From Hyaloraphidium curvatum SAG 235-1 (lineage: Eukaryota > Fungi > Monoblepharomycota), in contig JAIVFI010000012.1 of assembly GCA_025558095.1 (NCBI GenBank), forward strand, positions 434,001-498,000: a DNA stretch of 64,000 nt, given 5' to 3'. This document shows positions 24,701 through 37,886 of this stretch, one piece after another (position 1 is the first letter of the stretch; each line of letters begins with the position of its first letter). The notes below the pieces were generated by a model that saw nothing but the letters and a program-made list of their open reading frames with translations, had not been told where the DNA came from and did no database searches. The position numbers were made by a program, and so were the translations under genes.

Positions 24701-27700
24701 AAGATCGCCGCGGAGTAGCACCTTCGCCAACTGTATCGTGGCTCAAGTCCGCGGGAGGCGTATGGTGCGAGACTTTCCGCGTCCGTAAAGGACGATGACG
24801 TGCCTGCAAGCACCGATCGAAGCTTCGTGACGTGCTCTGCCTCTGGAGGCGGCGATGCTCTAGATGTCGCCGACGGCTCATCCGCTTTGCATGACAGCAA
24901 CATGTTCAAGAAGATTTCATCGACCCCGGCCTTGAGCCGTCGCGAGAACGAATCCGGATCGAGTTCTTTCATTAGGCCATGCAAACGCTGTTCCAGTGCA
25001 GTCGGTGACTCGGCGGCACGCAAAGCCACATATGCCACAGCTTTAGTAAGAGAGGCTTCCAGTAAAGAGCGCTTGGGGCTCTGGAGCGCCGCCTCGACGA
25101 ATCTGCCGTCGCATGGCGTAAGGGCAACAAGATCCACGCAACGACGGACGGCGAATGCATACCGGAACTCTTCATCGCGTCCAGTGGCAAGCAGCTGGGC
25201 GATGACCTCCTGCTTGTTCTCGTCCAGAAGCGCCTTGAATGTTTGATAACCAAGGAGATTGATTGGAAAACCCTGCAGCGCCGCTCCCGACACCAGCCAG
25301 TAATGCAGCAGGGTTGGGAACAACCGGCGGCCACAGTCGTGCGGATTCGGGAACCGCCACTCGCTCGCAAGCCGCGCCATGCAGACCGCCAGCAAAGGCT
25401 GTAGTTCAGATCCGGGGATCTGAACCAGCCGAGCCAGAGCTCTCCCAACCCGGTCGCTGGATGCACCAACTGCCAGGAGCGTCAGGAAGGACGCATATGT
25501 GACACGCTCCTCCGTGCTCGACTTTTGCACTTCCTGTGCTGGTCCTTGGAAAGTGTGAGCCAGTGGACTGCTCGAGCCTCGTCAGCGCAACTCACCTTGC
25601 AAAACGCCGTCGACGACACTTGGAAAGGAAGCGAGAAGAGCGCCAGCGCCCGTGCCCGCCAGCCAACGCACGTACAGATCCGAATCGTGGAGGACTTTGA
25701 GCCAGATCGAGGCGTCCCAGCATTCGGTCAGCATGGTGCGGGACAGCTGGGGCCGATCCAGAGCTGCCAAAAGGAAAGAAGCAAACTCCAATCTCACTCG
25801 GCGACCGATAGGCTTCTTCTCAATCCGAAAGCGAAGCATGCGCATGAGCTCTGAAATCACGCCTTTCACGTTTTCCGTGACTTCACTGGCTGGATCGAAT
25901 GCCAGTAGAATGAGGTGCGCAATGCGAAGAACGAGTACAAAGCTCCACGCGTCCTCTTGGAGCGAAGGATGGCGTAAGATCTCGCCGATTGCGGCGTTCA
26001 GGCGTCGAACATGAGTCTCCGACATGAACTTCCGGACGCGCACGAGAGAATGTACCGCTTCGAGTGCGGCACCACTGTCGAAAAATGGGCCCGGAGTAAT
26101 GAAGCTGATAAGGTCGTCCAGCCAAGCTTCCATGAGCAAGTTGCTGTTCCCAGTGCCGAGATGGAGGGAAAGCACGGCATCTCCGTACAGACTGGAAGCA
26201 TACGACTGAGAGAATTCGGACCGTTCGGGATCATGGTGGAGATCGGCACTTCCCGGCCGATAGACCAGCGCCATCAGCTGTCCGCTGGAAATGTCCAAAA
26301 CCTGCCGACCGCGGTCGCCGCCGGATTCCGCAAAGTCATCGTCCTCGCTGCGCTTTCGCTTGCCAAGGAGATCCATACGATCGTCGGACGGCACGAGTGC
26401 CTTGGCCGCCTCCAGAAGGTGTGCCAACGCATCGGATTCCACGGCCCTCCAAAGGTTGGGACGAGGAGGAGGGGGTCCGTTGCGATGTCCGCAATCAAGC
26501 ATTTGGTTCCGCAAGGCCTGTGTTGGCGACGATCCCATTGCCCAGGATAGAGCCTGCAGTACTCTGCTGCTCCGCTCACCAGAAGCAGCCGTTGTTTGGT
26601 CGCTCCTGAAGTCAGATGCGAGACTTTCGGCTACGATCTTGGCGATCTCGGAAATCATTGCAGGCAACGCAGCTCTTGCGACAACGGCATCACCGGCCCT
26701 AGCTGGCAATGCAGAGGAGATGCGGGCCAGCAGCCCCATGATCCAAATGCAGGATAAGGTGCTCGGAAGCGCTTCGATCAGGGCATGGCCCGCACCGGCG
26801 CCGTCCTGCGAGGCGTCTCGCGTCGTGCGCAAAGCTTTGGTCACCGTGTTTCGCAGCGCTTGCAGAAATGAAAGAAGATCGCTCGATTGCGACGCAGCAT
26901 AGTCCGATTGCACCTCCGAGGGGGGGTCCGATGTGTGCAGCAGCTCACCACGCAAAATCGAAGTGGCGATGTCGAGCTCCCGGAGGCAACTCTCCGAGGG
27001 CGGCTCCTCCACAGCTACGGCATAAACGTCGTCGCCGCAGCTGCCACGCTGAAGCTCCCACCACGTGCACGACAACTCGTGCAAAAGGACGACGCATTCC
27101 CGGTTGAAGAGCTTCCACTGATCCGGCCTCGAAGCTGGCGGTGCAGCAATGAGGCTCTGAACGACGCCGAGAGTGAGCTCCGTAATGCATTGGACGCATC
27201 GTTTCGCCTCTCCGGCAGTGGTTCCCCTCTGAGAACGCAAACGATCAAGGCGTGCACGATGCCAGCGCCAAAGCCCAGTGCCGAATCGCCGAGTGCTAGA
27301 CAGCGGGTCCGACGTGTTCGTTTCCAGCCAACCAATGCCAAGATTCGGATCCTGAAGGAGAGCGTTGGCCATTGTAAAGCGCAGTTTCGGACACGATGAC
27401 TTGCCTGAGGGTCCACGAACCCCTGGCGCAACAGCTCGGCGAGCGTGTGGGCCGCGGCATCCGAAAACATGGGAGAGTTCAAGCGAGTCAGACACTGCGG
27501 AGTCAGGGCGATGAGAGCGTGAAGGAATGCGCGCCGCTATCACCCACGAGTGCCGCCAGCTTGGACCATTGGTCCTTCAACTCGAACGATGTGCCTTGAT
27601 TCCGAAGCACCGTTGTCAGGGCCAGAAGTGCCCAAGAAGTTACCTCAGAATCTTCGAAGGAAATTGCATCCATCAATGCCGGCCCCAGCTGTTGCCATGC

Positions 27701-29499
27701 AAGCGGATGGAGATTGTCCCGCCGAAGAGCGAGGACGTAGACCAGCTGAAGTGCCATCAGAACGACATTGCCTCCGGAGCTCTTGATTGCCTCAGACATG
27801 GCCGAAATGATCGTCTGTGGCTGCTGTGCAGCCGGCGTTGTTCCGACGTCGCGGACGGCAAGAATTTCAACGATACGTGCCGCCAGATCCAGAACCATCC
27901 ATGTCCTGAAATGCGGTTCATCTGGCTCGGGCTGAGATACGTGCGGCGCACAGACGTGCGCAAAACTTACCCAGCAGAGCCAATCCTGTGCTGCGGCTGT
28001 CCCACTCGGAGCGCCCGGCCCACAACGCGGAAAATGCGACGCCACCAGATGCCCATGGTTCGAACCAGGGTTGCTTGTGCACGATGTCCGCCCAAACGCG
28101 CTTCCAAACGGCCCGGAGTGCTTCCACACCCCGTCCCTCCTTCGAAGCATCACTCCTCAGAAACCCATGCGCCACCGCTAGTCGGCAAGTGATCCGGTAG
28201 TGTTGTACCAGTTCAATCTTCAGCGCCTGTTGCCTGCTGTCCCAAAGCTTTAGCAGAAACGGTGAAAGTCGCCAGCACATCGCCAAAGACTGCGAGTGGG
28301 GCAGCAGGTGAGCGCCAGCCAGGCACACGGAAACGCTTCGGCTGTATTCACCTCCTCCAAAGCGTTTGGTGCTGTCTCCAACAGAACGCAGTTGAAAGCG
28401 GCAAGCACATGGGGATGACTGGGGCTTTCCGGGAAAGTCCGGAAGAAAGCACTGAACGTGTCCAAAAGCTCCTTCCGCCACGGAAGCACGTCTTTGCCGC
28501 AGACAACTAGCAGCGACAGAATCTTGGCAATCTCAAGATCCTCGACGGTGTGACTGGCAGAGGAAGCTCTCGCTCTTCCTGCCGTGAAGTGACCTTTCGC
28601 ACCGCTGGTGGCCATGGGGTCCTCTCCGTCAGAAAGGCCAGCATCGGAATCAGAGCGGCTCCCTTCCGAGTCGAATCTCGACAGTGTCCTGCCGCGATCT
28701 GCTTCAGTGCCATATCGAGAACTTCATCATCAGTCCGAACCTGCTGCATAGACCGAAGCAGCCTTCGAAGAACGTAGTCGAAATCTGGTCGCGGTATCGC
28801 TTCACAGACTAAGGGAACGGCGTGTGAATGGAGTGAGACAGCGCCGAACCCCATGCGTACCATCAAAGCCCGGAGCAATCGCAGCAGCGTCGGTGCCAAA
28901 GGTGCAAAAAGCACTTCCGGACCATCTCCATCCAGCACTGAGGGACCGTGTTGGATGGGGCCAAGTTTAGCACAGTGAGCGGTCACTTACGCGCGAGCAA
29001 TGATTTCATGACCTTCTTGACCGATGCGTTGTCGAGGCTCAACATTCCCAGCTCTGGTGAGCAGAAGCTCAATCCATATGCTTTGCGATCCAAGCCAGAG
29101 ACACCAACCTAGGATGTCTTTGAACTGCTGCCCTATGTGTTTCAAGCGGTTCAACAGGGCGGCATCCACACGCCCGTCCGCGTTAGAGATCTTCCTGCGG
29201 AGCAAGCAACGTCAGAGTCGGTGTGAGCCCGCGATGCAACGCGCGGGTCACTTGTAGTAGGCTTCCTTCTCCACGTTTATGGCGGCTGCCAGGCCAGCAA
29301 CGATCTTCTCCCAATCCCCGGGGTGCACCGAGAGGTAGAGATCGTGGTGCACCAACGCAGACTGTCTCGGCGCTTCAGAACCACGGAAGGAAAAGAGTTG
29401 TTCCCGGAGTACCTTGACTCTGTCCACGGCATCCTGGCGGTCCTTGGGCTGCAAGCAACCGCCGGCCGCGAGTTGAGAAGGTGACGTCGGCGGGGCCAT
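18796..29499 (-). CDS. TEL1: ATM/Tel1 PIKK kinase (~10.7 kb, many introns; start approximate)
   Basis: [74 protein letters not shown]. Confidence 0.9.
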
Positions 29500-29832
29500 C
29501 GGTCAGCATGCACGGCCCTCGTGACGGCCGGGAACACGCGATGCGGGCCCGGGCTACCCACTTTCGGAGATCGCGTGTCGACGAGAGCCTGCGAAAGCCT
29601 TTGCATGGGCTCCGGAGGTGGAAGAGTGTGTGGGACGACGGGTGCCAGTCAGCGCGCGCGTGCGCGGCGAGGACGCGCCGACGCGAAACACCCGCACGGC
29701 CCAGGACGAGGCCGCGAGCGTACTCGGCAACACCGCTTCAGAATCGGGCCCGGAAGAGTCGCGTAGCCTGCTGCGCGTGGCCTCGGACCGATGTCGTCCA
29801 TAAAGCAGGTAAACCCAGCAAGGACACGGAGA

Positions 29833-31996
29833 ATGGACCGACAATTGAATCTGGGACACATCAGTCAACGAGTGTTGCGGGAACGTACCTCGAAGGAGAC
29901 AACGCAAGTTTTTTTGTACCGTTCGCAACCTGGTGACCCGGCCTTCAACGTCTGTGGCCTTTCCAGGTGAAGCGATCGGTGCTGAAGCTGACGAGCCCGG
30001 ACAACACGGAAATCTCGCGGAAACACGTGGACAGGTGCCGACTTTGTCTTTTGTGTGCTTTGCGGGGCCTCGCATGACGCCGAGTCGCGTCCCACCTGCT
30101 GCTGCAGGGTCCTGGAGGCTACTCGCGATCGGCGCTACCCGGTGGAAGACATTTTCCGGTTAATGAAGCAGCGCCTTGGGGAGAAGAACTGGGCGGTGGG
30201 AGCTCTTCAGACATCATGCGATTGGGCCCTTGCTGACGGTCGGAAACCAGACCTCGTTCAAAACGCTCCTGCTGCTCCATGCTATACTGCGTGAAGGAGC
30301 TGCTGAAAGGATACAGCCGTACCTCGGTGGTTTCAGCCAGCTGTCGACTGCCAGCTACTTTGGGGACGGGTTCGGTGCGCTCCCGCAACTTGCCTGCCCG
30401 CCACCGCGCTCATGCAGCCATCAGGGACAATGCAAGATCAGTACCTCGCGAGGTACGGAGATTACATTTCGGAAAGAATACAGGCTTCTGGAGCGCCGGG
30501 CGAAGACTTCACCCGGGACAAGGCGGTGCGCGACCGGGTGGTGGAGCGCTTGCGTCGGACGCAGGCGGTGCCTCTCATGGGAGAAATCGCGAAGCTGCAA
30601 CGCCATATCGACGCGCTCCTGAAGTGCAAGGACATCCTGAACGAGATCAACAACATGATCGTTGCCCAATGCTATCAGCTTCTCCTCCGGGACCTCATGC
30701 CCCTGTTCCACGTGCTGAACGAAGGTTGGCGGCGTAGCTGTCTCTCACGACGTCTCACTTACGCGCCTGCAGCCATGATTTGCTTACTCGGGTCCTTCTT
30801 TACGTTGTCGAAGCCGGACGCGACAAAGGCCCTGGCGGCTTACCGCTCTTTCCTGCGCGAAACCGAAGAGACGGGCGTGTTCTTTCAAGCCGCGCGGAGA
30901 TTCCGCGACGTTATCGCCGTCGACGTTCCGGAAGACATCAAGCCTGCCCCGCAGAGCCTGATCCGGTCGCTTGAGAGGTAGTCTCGTCTCGTGCATTGTT
31001 GGCTTTCGTTGACCAACGACCCACAGCTATGTCAAGGATCCCGACTTTGATAAGCATCGCGCGCAGTACTTGGCAAACAAAGACAAGGCAAAAGCAAGTG
31101 GGTTGTGCCCTGTGCAGCGTTCGAACGTGCGGAAGCTGACCCCTGTGCTAGAACCGGCGCCGGCGTCCTCCCCGCCGCAGCCAACGCCGGCGCCGCAAGT
31201 GCGATCACAATACTCCTCGGCGGCGAGCACTCCCAGGATAGAGCCGCCCAAGCAAATCCAGCGAACAGAGCAGCGGGCACAGCAGCGGAAAGAGCCTGCG
31301 GTGGATTTTTTTTCCTCTCTCGACGAGGAGCTCGGCGCCTTCCAGGCCTCCAATCAGAGCTGGAGCCCCGTCTTTGCCAATGCCCAGCAACAGGACTGGT
31401 TCGCGCGCCCTGCGTACCAGGCGCAGCAGCAGGCCTCATCGGCGGGGTCGTATGTTTCGACGCCTCCTCAGGGTTTCGGGTACGGGACGCCTCCTGTTGC
31501 GGATCCTCTGGCCGGTCCCGCGATGCCGGCTGCTACGGGCGGCGGCTGGCAGGCCCAATCGTTCGATCCTTTCGGCCTTCAGTCTCCGAATTCAGGACCA
31601 CAGATGTCGAGTGCCGGACCCAGCGGACCGGGGCCCGGCGCTTGGGGCGGAGGAAACAGCGGCTATGCGTTCGGCGGAGCGCCACCGGCGACTACAGCGT
31701 ATGCTCCAGTGGGACAAAATGCCTTAGGCGGGATTCCGAGCGGTTTTGGTGGCGCTGGTGCGGCTCAGCAGTCGAGTTTTGCGGACTTTGGATTCGGAAC
31801 CCAGCAACCATCGGCCGGTGCGGGTTATGGCGGCGTTCCACCCGGTTACGCAGGCAGTGGCGGCGCTTTCCCGGCACAATCGGGGGCGGGGCAGATGCCT
31901 GCGCAGTATCAGGGGACGAGCAATCCGTTTGGGAGCCCGCCGGCACCGCAGCGGGCCAACCAGCCCATGGCCGAGTTCGATCCGCTGTGGAGCTGA
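29833..31996 (+). CDS. ANTH-domain clathrin adaptor (AP180/CALM/Yap180-like)
   Basis: RLGEKNWA|..FKTLLLLHAILREG, CYQLLLRDLMPLFHVLNE, low-complexity tail with NPF/DPF/DPL motifs. Confidence 0.85.
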
Positions 31997-32321
31997 ACGC
32001 ACGGCAGTCCTCTGGCTCTCAATTAGCGGTAGTAACAGTAGTTTTGTAAGGACGGAGTTAATGGGAGTGGCTTGTTCCAATGGTGGTGTGGCACAAGTTG
32101 ACCAAAAGCCCCCTTCAACCCCACCGCTGAGGCGACAAGTCACGGCTTGCAGCGTCGCCGGCGACGAAGGAAAGGTGAAATGTATTCGCCTCTCTCGACG
32201 GGGCCCACTCGACGACCGCTACGCCTTTGGCGGGGCCGAACCCGCCGGGGGTGCCGCCGCCGGCTCCGCCGGTGCCGCCTCGGGCAATCTCTTCGGTGTA
32301 GCAAGGCCAGAACCGACTCCT

Positions 32322-34375
32322 CTACTCCTCCACGTCCTCCTGGTCTACGTGCTCTAACCCAATCATCTGCACGTCGTCCAGCAGCTCCGGGGCCAGGCGC
32401 TCCACGATCCCGATGAAGATGGCTAGCGTCTGCTCCGGATCGCCGAGCAGGCCTAAACGGAAGTCAGAATGGAGCGATCGCAATCGCCGGCGACTTCCGC
32501 GCACCTTCTTCCAGCGCGTCAACCATTGCACACCCCACGTTGTACCTCCGTATCAGGTCGTCGCTCAGCCACGGCCCCTTCGGTCGCTTGTACGCAGCGC
32601 CGTCCTCGCGGCTCTGGTAGTCCTTGCCCTTGAAGTTGCCCATGAGGAAGCGATCGCGGCAGTTCTCGACCAGGCTCCTGCTGCCGCCGGGCAGGAGTAT
32701 CATGATCGCGCCGTACAAGAACTCGGTGTTGGCGTGCACGTAGTTACGCATGAAATGGACCTGGCAGACCCTGAGAGGATAGATCTGGGGAGGGCAAGGT
32801 CGCGATGAGTGCCGTGCACGCGAGCGATCGCAAAAGCGGCGCCAAACCTGCACAACCGAGTAGTCCCCCGCGAGTCCCTCGCCCTGGTACCCGCGCCACT
32901 TGAAAAGGTTCGGGCCGACCTGCTTGCCGTACTTGAGCACGGAGGCGATGATTGAAGGCGCCTTGGAGGAGAAGAAGGTGAAGGTGTCGTACTCGCCCAC
33001 AGGGTTGTGGATGCTTCCCGCCCCGAAGATGTGCACGACCATCTCCTTCTCGGGCAGGTAGACCCAGGGGAGGTCGCCGTTGGTGAAGCCGACCGCGCGC
33101 AGGCTCGTGTCGACAATGTCGCAGAAGCGCTGGGCGCACTCGCGCTGCCACTGCTCCCCTGTCTTGTCCTCGGGCCGCTCGCCGAGTATGCGCTGCTTCA
33201 GGTAGTACTCGGGGACCGCAGCCAACTGATCGATCTGATCAAGAAGATGTGCGGGGAGGTCCATCCTTGCGAAAGCGGTGTAGAGGGCAGCAAAGGCGCG
33301 GACCGTGTCGACGAAGTACGCCGGGTCCTTTGCCATCTCGTCTTCGAGCTTCTCCTTGAGGTGGTGCGCGTACTGGTACGGCGCGAACTCGGAGAAGAGG
33401 CGAAGAATGCGCTTCTGGCCGTCGGCCTCCTCCACAAAGTCCTGTTCTTCGAATCCAAGCAGATCCACGGCAACGCGCGGCTTCTTCTCTGCGTCCGAGT
33501 CCTCGCCGTTGCGGTTCTTGACGTGCTTGGTCCCAACCTTCATGCCGTCCGCGGGTAAAAATGGGTTTCGGGCGCGCAGCCAGCCGGTCGTAGAGCGCCT
33601 TGAGCATGGCTGTCTTGTGGGTGAGCAAAGGAGGATCCCGGCCGAACAGATCGCGGCTAAGGATGCCGTCAGGCCGGAGCTTGCGCAGATGGACTGCGTG
33701 GCGGTACAGCATCACGAGGTCTGCCGGCGACGCATCCTTCACAAACGCCTCGACGTCCTCCGGCGAGAAGTAAAGGAGCGCTTCTTCACGAACGTAGGTC
33801 TTCAGGTCGCGAAACGCGGCGGTCGAAAGCGAGTTGAGGCCGTTGATGTTCGAAGCCTGGATGTTCGGGGCGAAGTTGACCGTCCGCTCCTCCTTCTTCC
33901 TGACGAAGACGGCATCGAGCACGTCGACCCTTTGGTGACTCTTCGCGACCTCCTTCATCGTCTTGAGCGCACGCTTGACCAGGTCCTCGTCTCCGCCGAG
34001 CGCCTCCAGGCAATCCTCCTGGGAGAAGAGGCGCACGTCGCCGGAAGCGGCCTTGTCCTTGAGCGACTTGAGCAGCACCAGCGCGGCCTTGCGGTCAGAG
34101 AGGTCGGTGCTCTGCAGGGCCTCCATTGGCGCTGCGGAGTCGGCACCCTGGTCGTCCCTCGCGGCGGCAGGGGCGTCGTCGGCGCCGGGAGCCTCGCTCA
34201 TGAGCCCGTCGACCTCGGACTCCGGCTTGTCCCCGTCCGTACGAGCACGATGGCTCTTGATCCTTGACGGCGAGTTGAGTGCCGAGGGTGCGTCGGGCGT
34301 GTCGTGCAGTCTCTCGGCCCCGCGCTTCGCCGACGCGTTGCCGAGGGCGGCCTCCTCCATCTCGTGGCCCGACAT
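32322..34375 (-). CDS. Hypothetical protein with an apparent 1-nt frameshift at ~33560
   Basis: Two abutting ORFs with coding-like composition (34375 onward and 33543 onward) plus 3' introns; no motif recognised. Confidence 0.55.
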
Positions 34376-34669
34376 GCTTTCTCGATGTCAGAGAAGTCTC
34401 TGTAATGATGATGCAGGGCGCTCTCACGTTTCGGAAGTGCAGCAACGGACCTGCTCGCTGGGGACGTCAGAGCCAGTTTTCTCTTCGAGGTGACGACTGT
34501 CCCCGGGACTCTGAGCCGCGGGACATCACGACGACCCCAGATTTTGAGGCAAAAGAGCCATTTCTGCTGCATCAGTGAAATTTGGGAAGGAAGTGGATCA
34601 CGAATTCAGCTCTGTTTGTTGTCCACATTATTTGCCTCACTCTAATCCGATGTGCACCGAGACGTCAGC

Positions 34670-35509
34670 TTAGTGCTGCTGCTGCTGCCTGATTCTGACG
34701 CCGTAGAACCAGAAACTGGCGGGCTTCGGGCTCAGCCTCCTCTCGTAGCGAACTCCAGCCTTCTTGAACGACTCGAGTCCCATGAGGTCCGCGTTCAGAC
34801 TCGTCTGCCACCTGACCCGGGCACCTTCCGTCTTTTGTTCGCACTTCGCTCGGATGCCGTAATTGCCAGCGACTAGCCAGGCGTCCAGGTCCGCGTACAG
34901 ATCGTTCATCAGAGTCTCGTAGGCGGGGCCGAACTCGAGGCGCTCCTTGGCGTAGGCGGCGTAGATCTTTGCGCTGCTCGGCAAGTCCTCCGCTTCAGCA
35001 ATCTCCGTCTTGATCCTGGCGACCGCCTTTGCCGAAAGACCGGGTCCGCTGGGGTCGGCGCGCTCTTCGCGAGCAAGCTTGTCTTCGATCACTGTCGCTA
35101 GGCCGGCCAGCTCCGCGAGGATGAGGAGATCCTGCCCTTCCTCGTCGACCGATGCGATCATGGCGTTCCGGTCCTCGCTTGAGAGTTGCAGAACCTCAGG
35201 CACCGGCCTTGTCGAGGTGGACGTCTGTGGGGGGCGGTTAAGGCTTCCCAGAGCGAACGAGAATCCCTCGCCCACTTTGTCCCCGGGGGCCTTGAAGGCA
35301 AGCGGAGCCGAGAAATCCGATGCGCGCGTGGAGTCGGCGTTGCGAGTCGGCTGGGTTGCCTGCTTCCTGGTCTTCGGCTCGCCGCTGACCGAAACCGCCG
35401 AATCCCGCCGGTTCCCGCCGTCCGTCGGCTTCGTCGCAGGCGTGGCAGGTTCTCCTTGCGGAGGCTGCGCTTTGCCCTTCTCCTTCTTCTTCCTCTCGTC
35501 CTTTCCCAT
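34670..35509 (-). CDS. Hypothetical protein
   Basis: ORF from MGKDERKKKEKGK with helical, protein-like C-terminal half. Confidence 0.55.
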   Translation of the reverse strand: MGKDERKKKEKGKAQPPQGEPATPATKPTDGGNRRDSAVSVSGEPKTRKQATQPTRNADSTRASDFSAPLAFKAPGDKVGEGFSFALGSLNRPPQTSTSTRPVPEVLQLSSEDRNAMIASVDEEGQDLLILAELAGLATVIEDKLAREERADPSGPGLSAKAVARIKTEIAEAEDLPSSAKIYAAYAKERLEFGPAYETLMNDLYADLDAWLVAGNYGIRAKCEQKTEGARVRWQTSLNADLMGLESFKKAGVRYERRLSPKPASFWFYGVRIRQQQQH

Positions 35510-35674
35510 TGTGCGTGAGGGCCGTAGAACGAAACGCCTTCGCGAGTTTGGGTGTGACGCCGCTCCATCACTTGCGATCGTGGTTCGCACACCATCTATG
35601 CACACCAAAGGAGCCAATCGGACGTTCTATTGTGATTGAGACTCAAGAAGTCCATTGAATGCGCAGAGATTCCT

Positions 35675-36606
35675 CTACGCCTTGGCCGCGCCGGCAGCCG
35701 GCGGAGGTGCTGCGGCTGGAGCAGCGTCGGGCAGCCGTTTCGGTGTCGGCACTCCTTGCCCTACACCTTCCCAGGCACTCTCATAAGAAAATTGACTGAA
35801 ATCGATCCAGAAACGTTAGGAAGGTTCCCGGGACACCCCACGGCCGACGCACCGGAACTGCTGGGTCAGCTCCAGGGGCTCGGCAACGATCCGCTTCTTC
35901 TCCTCGTCGTAGCGCACCTCCACGTAGCCGGTGAGCGGGAAATCCTTGCGCAGCGGGTAGCCCTCGAAGCCGTAGTCGGTGAGGATGCGGCGGAGGTCGG
36001 GGTGGCCGACAAAGATGATGCCAAACATGTCGAACGCCTCCCGCTCGAACCAGTTTGCCGACGGGTAGATCGGGGTCACGGAGGGAACCGCGGTCATCTC
36101 GTCGCAGTACGTCTTGACGCGCAGGCGCGAGTTGTAGCGGATGCTGAGCAGGTGGTACACGACCTCGAAGCGGTTCGGCCGCGTGGGGTAGTCAACGCCG
36201 GCAATGTCCTGCGCGACCATCAGTCGCCGCCGGGCCGGGGCAGCGGCGCACGTACTACGCATTGCTTGAACTGGCAGTTGGAGTGGTCCCGCAGGAAGAG
36301 CATCACGTTGGGCACCGCGGTCGGCGGCACGTAGAGCGTGAGCTCGTCCTTGACGACGGCCACGCGCTGGATGTACTTGGGCAGGCACGACAGCACGTAC
36401 TTGCCGAACTCGTGCAGCTGCGCGGTCTTCTCGGCCGGCGCGGCCTGGCGCAGCGCGCGGCTCGAGTGGAACGCCGCGGCGCGGCCCGCTGCGGCGCGTG
36501 AGACATCGCGATCGCCGCGCCCGCCCGGGGCGCCCGCGGTACCTTGCGGCGCAAGCGAGCTCGGCGCGAGCCGCGCGGCGGCCAGGCGCCGCGCCAGGAC
36601 GTTCAT
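35675..36606 (-). CDS. NDUFS3: Complex I 30 kDa subunit (NDUFS3/Nad9), nuclear-encoded with presequence
   Basis: [56 protein letters not shown]. Confidence 0.96.
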
Positions 36607-36713
36607 TTCGTGGGGTTGCCGACGGAGGCGCGCGCGAAAGACCATTCGTCAACACGTTGCGGCACTTTTATCGGACGCTGTCTTCCGGCCTCTAGGTACC
36701 GATTGGGACCGCG

Positions 36714-37148
36714 ATGCAGTCGCTGCGATTCGTCCGACGCTGGTCGACGCTGGCTCAGAAGATAAAGACGCCTCCGAAGCCCGTGGAGCCACCGAACGAG
36801 AACCCTCCGTGGGCAGCCGCTGGACACGGACAACGGGCAGCCGCACTGACGCATCGCGCTTTCTGCCGCAGGTTACTGATGAAACGGATCATTCTTTCCG
36901 ACGGATCGTCGTTCACGGTCGCTTCGACCTCGCCGAAGCCTTTCGTTCAGCTGTCAAAGGACACGCGCAACAACCCACTCTGGAATCCGCTCGTCGGAGA
37001 GACGGAGGATAACAGCGGCAAGATGGCGCTGTTTTCAAGTCGCTTCGCGATAGACACGAACACTTCGGGGATCCAGGGGACGTCTGGGGACGGGAACTTC
37101 TTGCCAGACAGTAGTGCGCCGCCGGCGCGGGCCAAGACGCGGTCTTGA
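36714..37148 (+). CDS. Mitochondrial ribosomal protein bL31m-like (one intron)
   Basis: RIILSDGSSFTVASTSPKPFVQLSKDTRNNPLWNP. Confidence 0.75.
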   Translation: MQSLRFVRRWSTLAQKIKTPPKPVEPPNENPPWAAAGHGQRAAALTHRAFCRRLLMKRIILSDGSSFTVASTSPKPFVQLSKDTRNNPLWNPLVGETEDNSGKMALFSSRFAIDTNTSGIQGTSGDGNFLPDSSAPPARAKTRS

Positions 37149-37214
37149 TGCTTGTATGGTTGACAATCGTGCTGTATCACATGGAGATGATCTACAATGC
37201 CGGGCCCGAGTGTC

Positions 37215-37823
37215 TCAGCGCACGTTCGTCCTATTCTGCAGCGCGGTGCGGTGCACAAACGCTCGTCTCTCCAGGGCGCCGCTGGTACCCCTGAGCACCA
37301 GCAGAATTTCGTTGGCAAACCTCACCGGGAAGCTGCCCTTCTTCTTTTCGGCAGCCTGCTTGATCCAGAGCACGGCAAAGCGCCGCCGAGCGCGCTCCGT
37401 CAGGGGCCGCGGCACCTGGATCCGGCGGGCACCTCGCTTCGTCGACATCAGCTTCACGAGCGGGGCGCACATGTCCAGGGCTCTGGTGAGCAACTCCACG
37501 GGGTTCTGGTTCGTCTTGAGCTGCAGCAACCGGAGGGCCTCGGCAACCATCCGCTCGTAGCGCGCCTTCTTCCCGTCCCGCATGATGTTCTTGACCACGG
37601 AGTCCACGGCGGGATGCGCGCCCACGGGCAGCAGCGGGTCTGGAGGTGCCGTCGATGGCGTGGAGCGCGTCTCGTACGGGGACGCGTTCGACGGGCCAGA
37701 CTGCACCAAGCGCCGTCCCGGTATTGGCCCAAACGGCGCCACAGCCGGTAATCGAGTTCGGGATACGGTCCGGAAGCAGATGGCCTGAGGCCGGAACAGG
37801 ATGCCGATTCTGCGGGCCGCCAT
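37215..37823 (-). CDS. RSM7: Mitochondrial ribosomal protein uS7m
   Basis: NIMRDGKKA, QVPRPL..RRRFAVLWI, HRTALQNR. Confidence 0.9.
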   Translation of the reverse strand: MAARRIGILFRPQAICFRTVSRTRLPAVAPFGPIPGRRLVQSGPSNASPYETRSTPSTAPPDPLLPVGAHPAVDSVVKNIMRDGKKARYERMVAEALRLLQLKTNQNPVELLTRALDMCAPLVKLMSTKRGARRIQVPRPLTERARRRFAVLWIKQAAEKKKGSFPVRFANEILLVLRGTSGALERRAFVHRTALQNRTNVR

Positions 37824-37886
37824 TGGGAAGGTGCGTCGTTGTTTTTCGCGGCTCCTCCCGTCGTCAGCACTGCCTCACGCAGCTCT

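Noticed and set aside
18796-29499. Functional telomere cluster (TER plus Tel1/ATM, and the LINE RT as a telomerase substitute)
   Set aside because: Tel1 is 13 kb from TER with unrelated genes between. The RT has LINE, not TERT, motifs and the array is interstitial.
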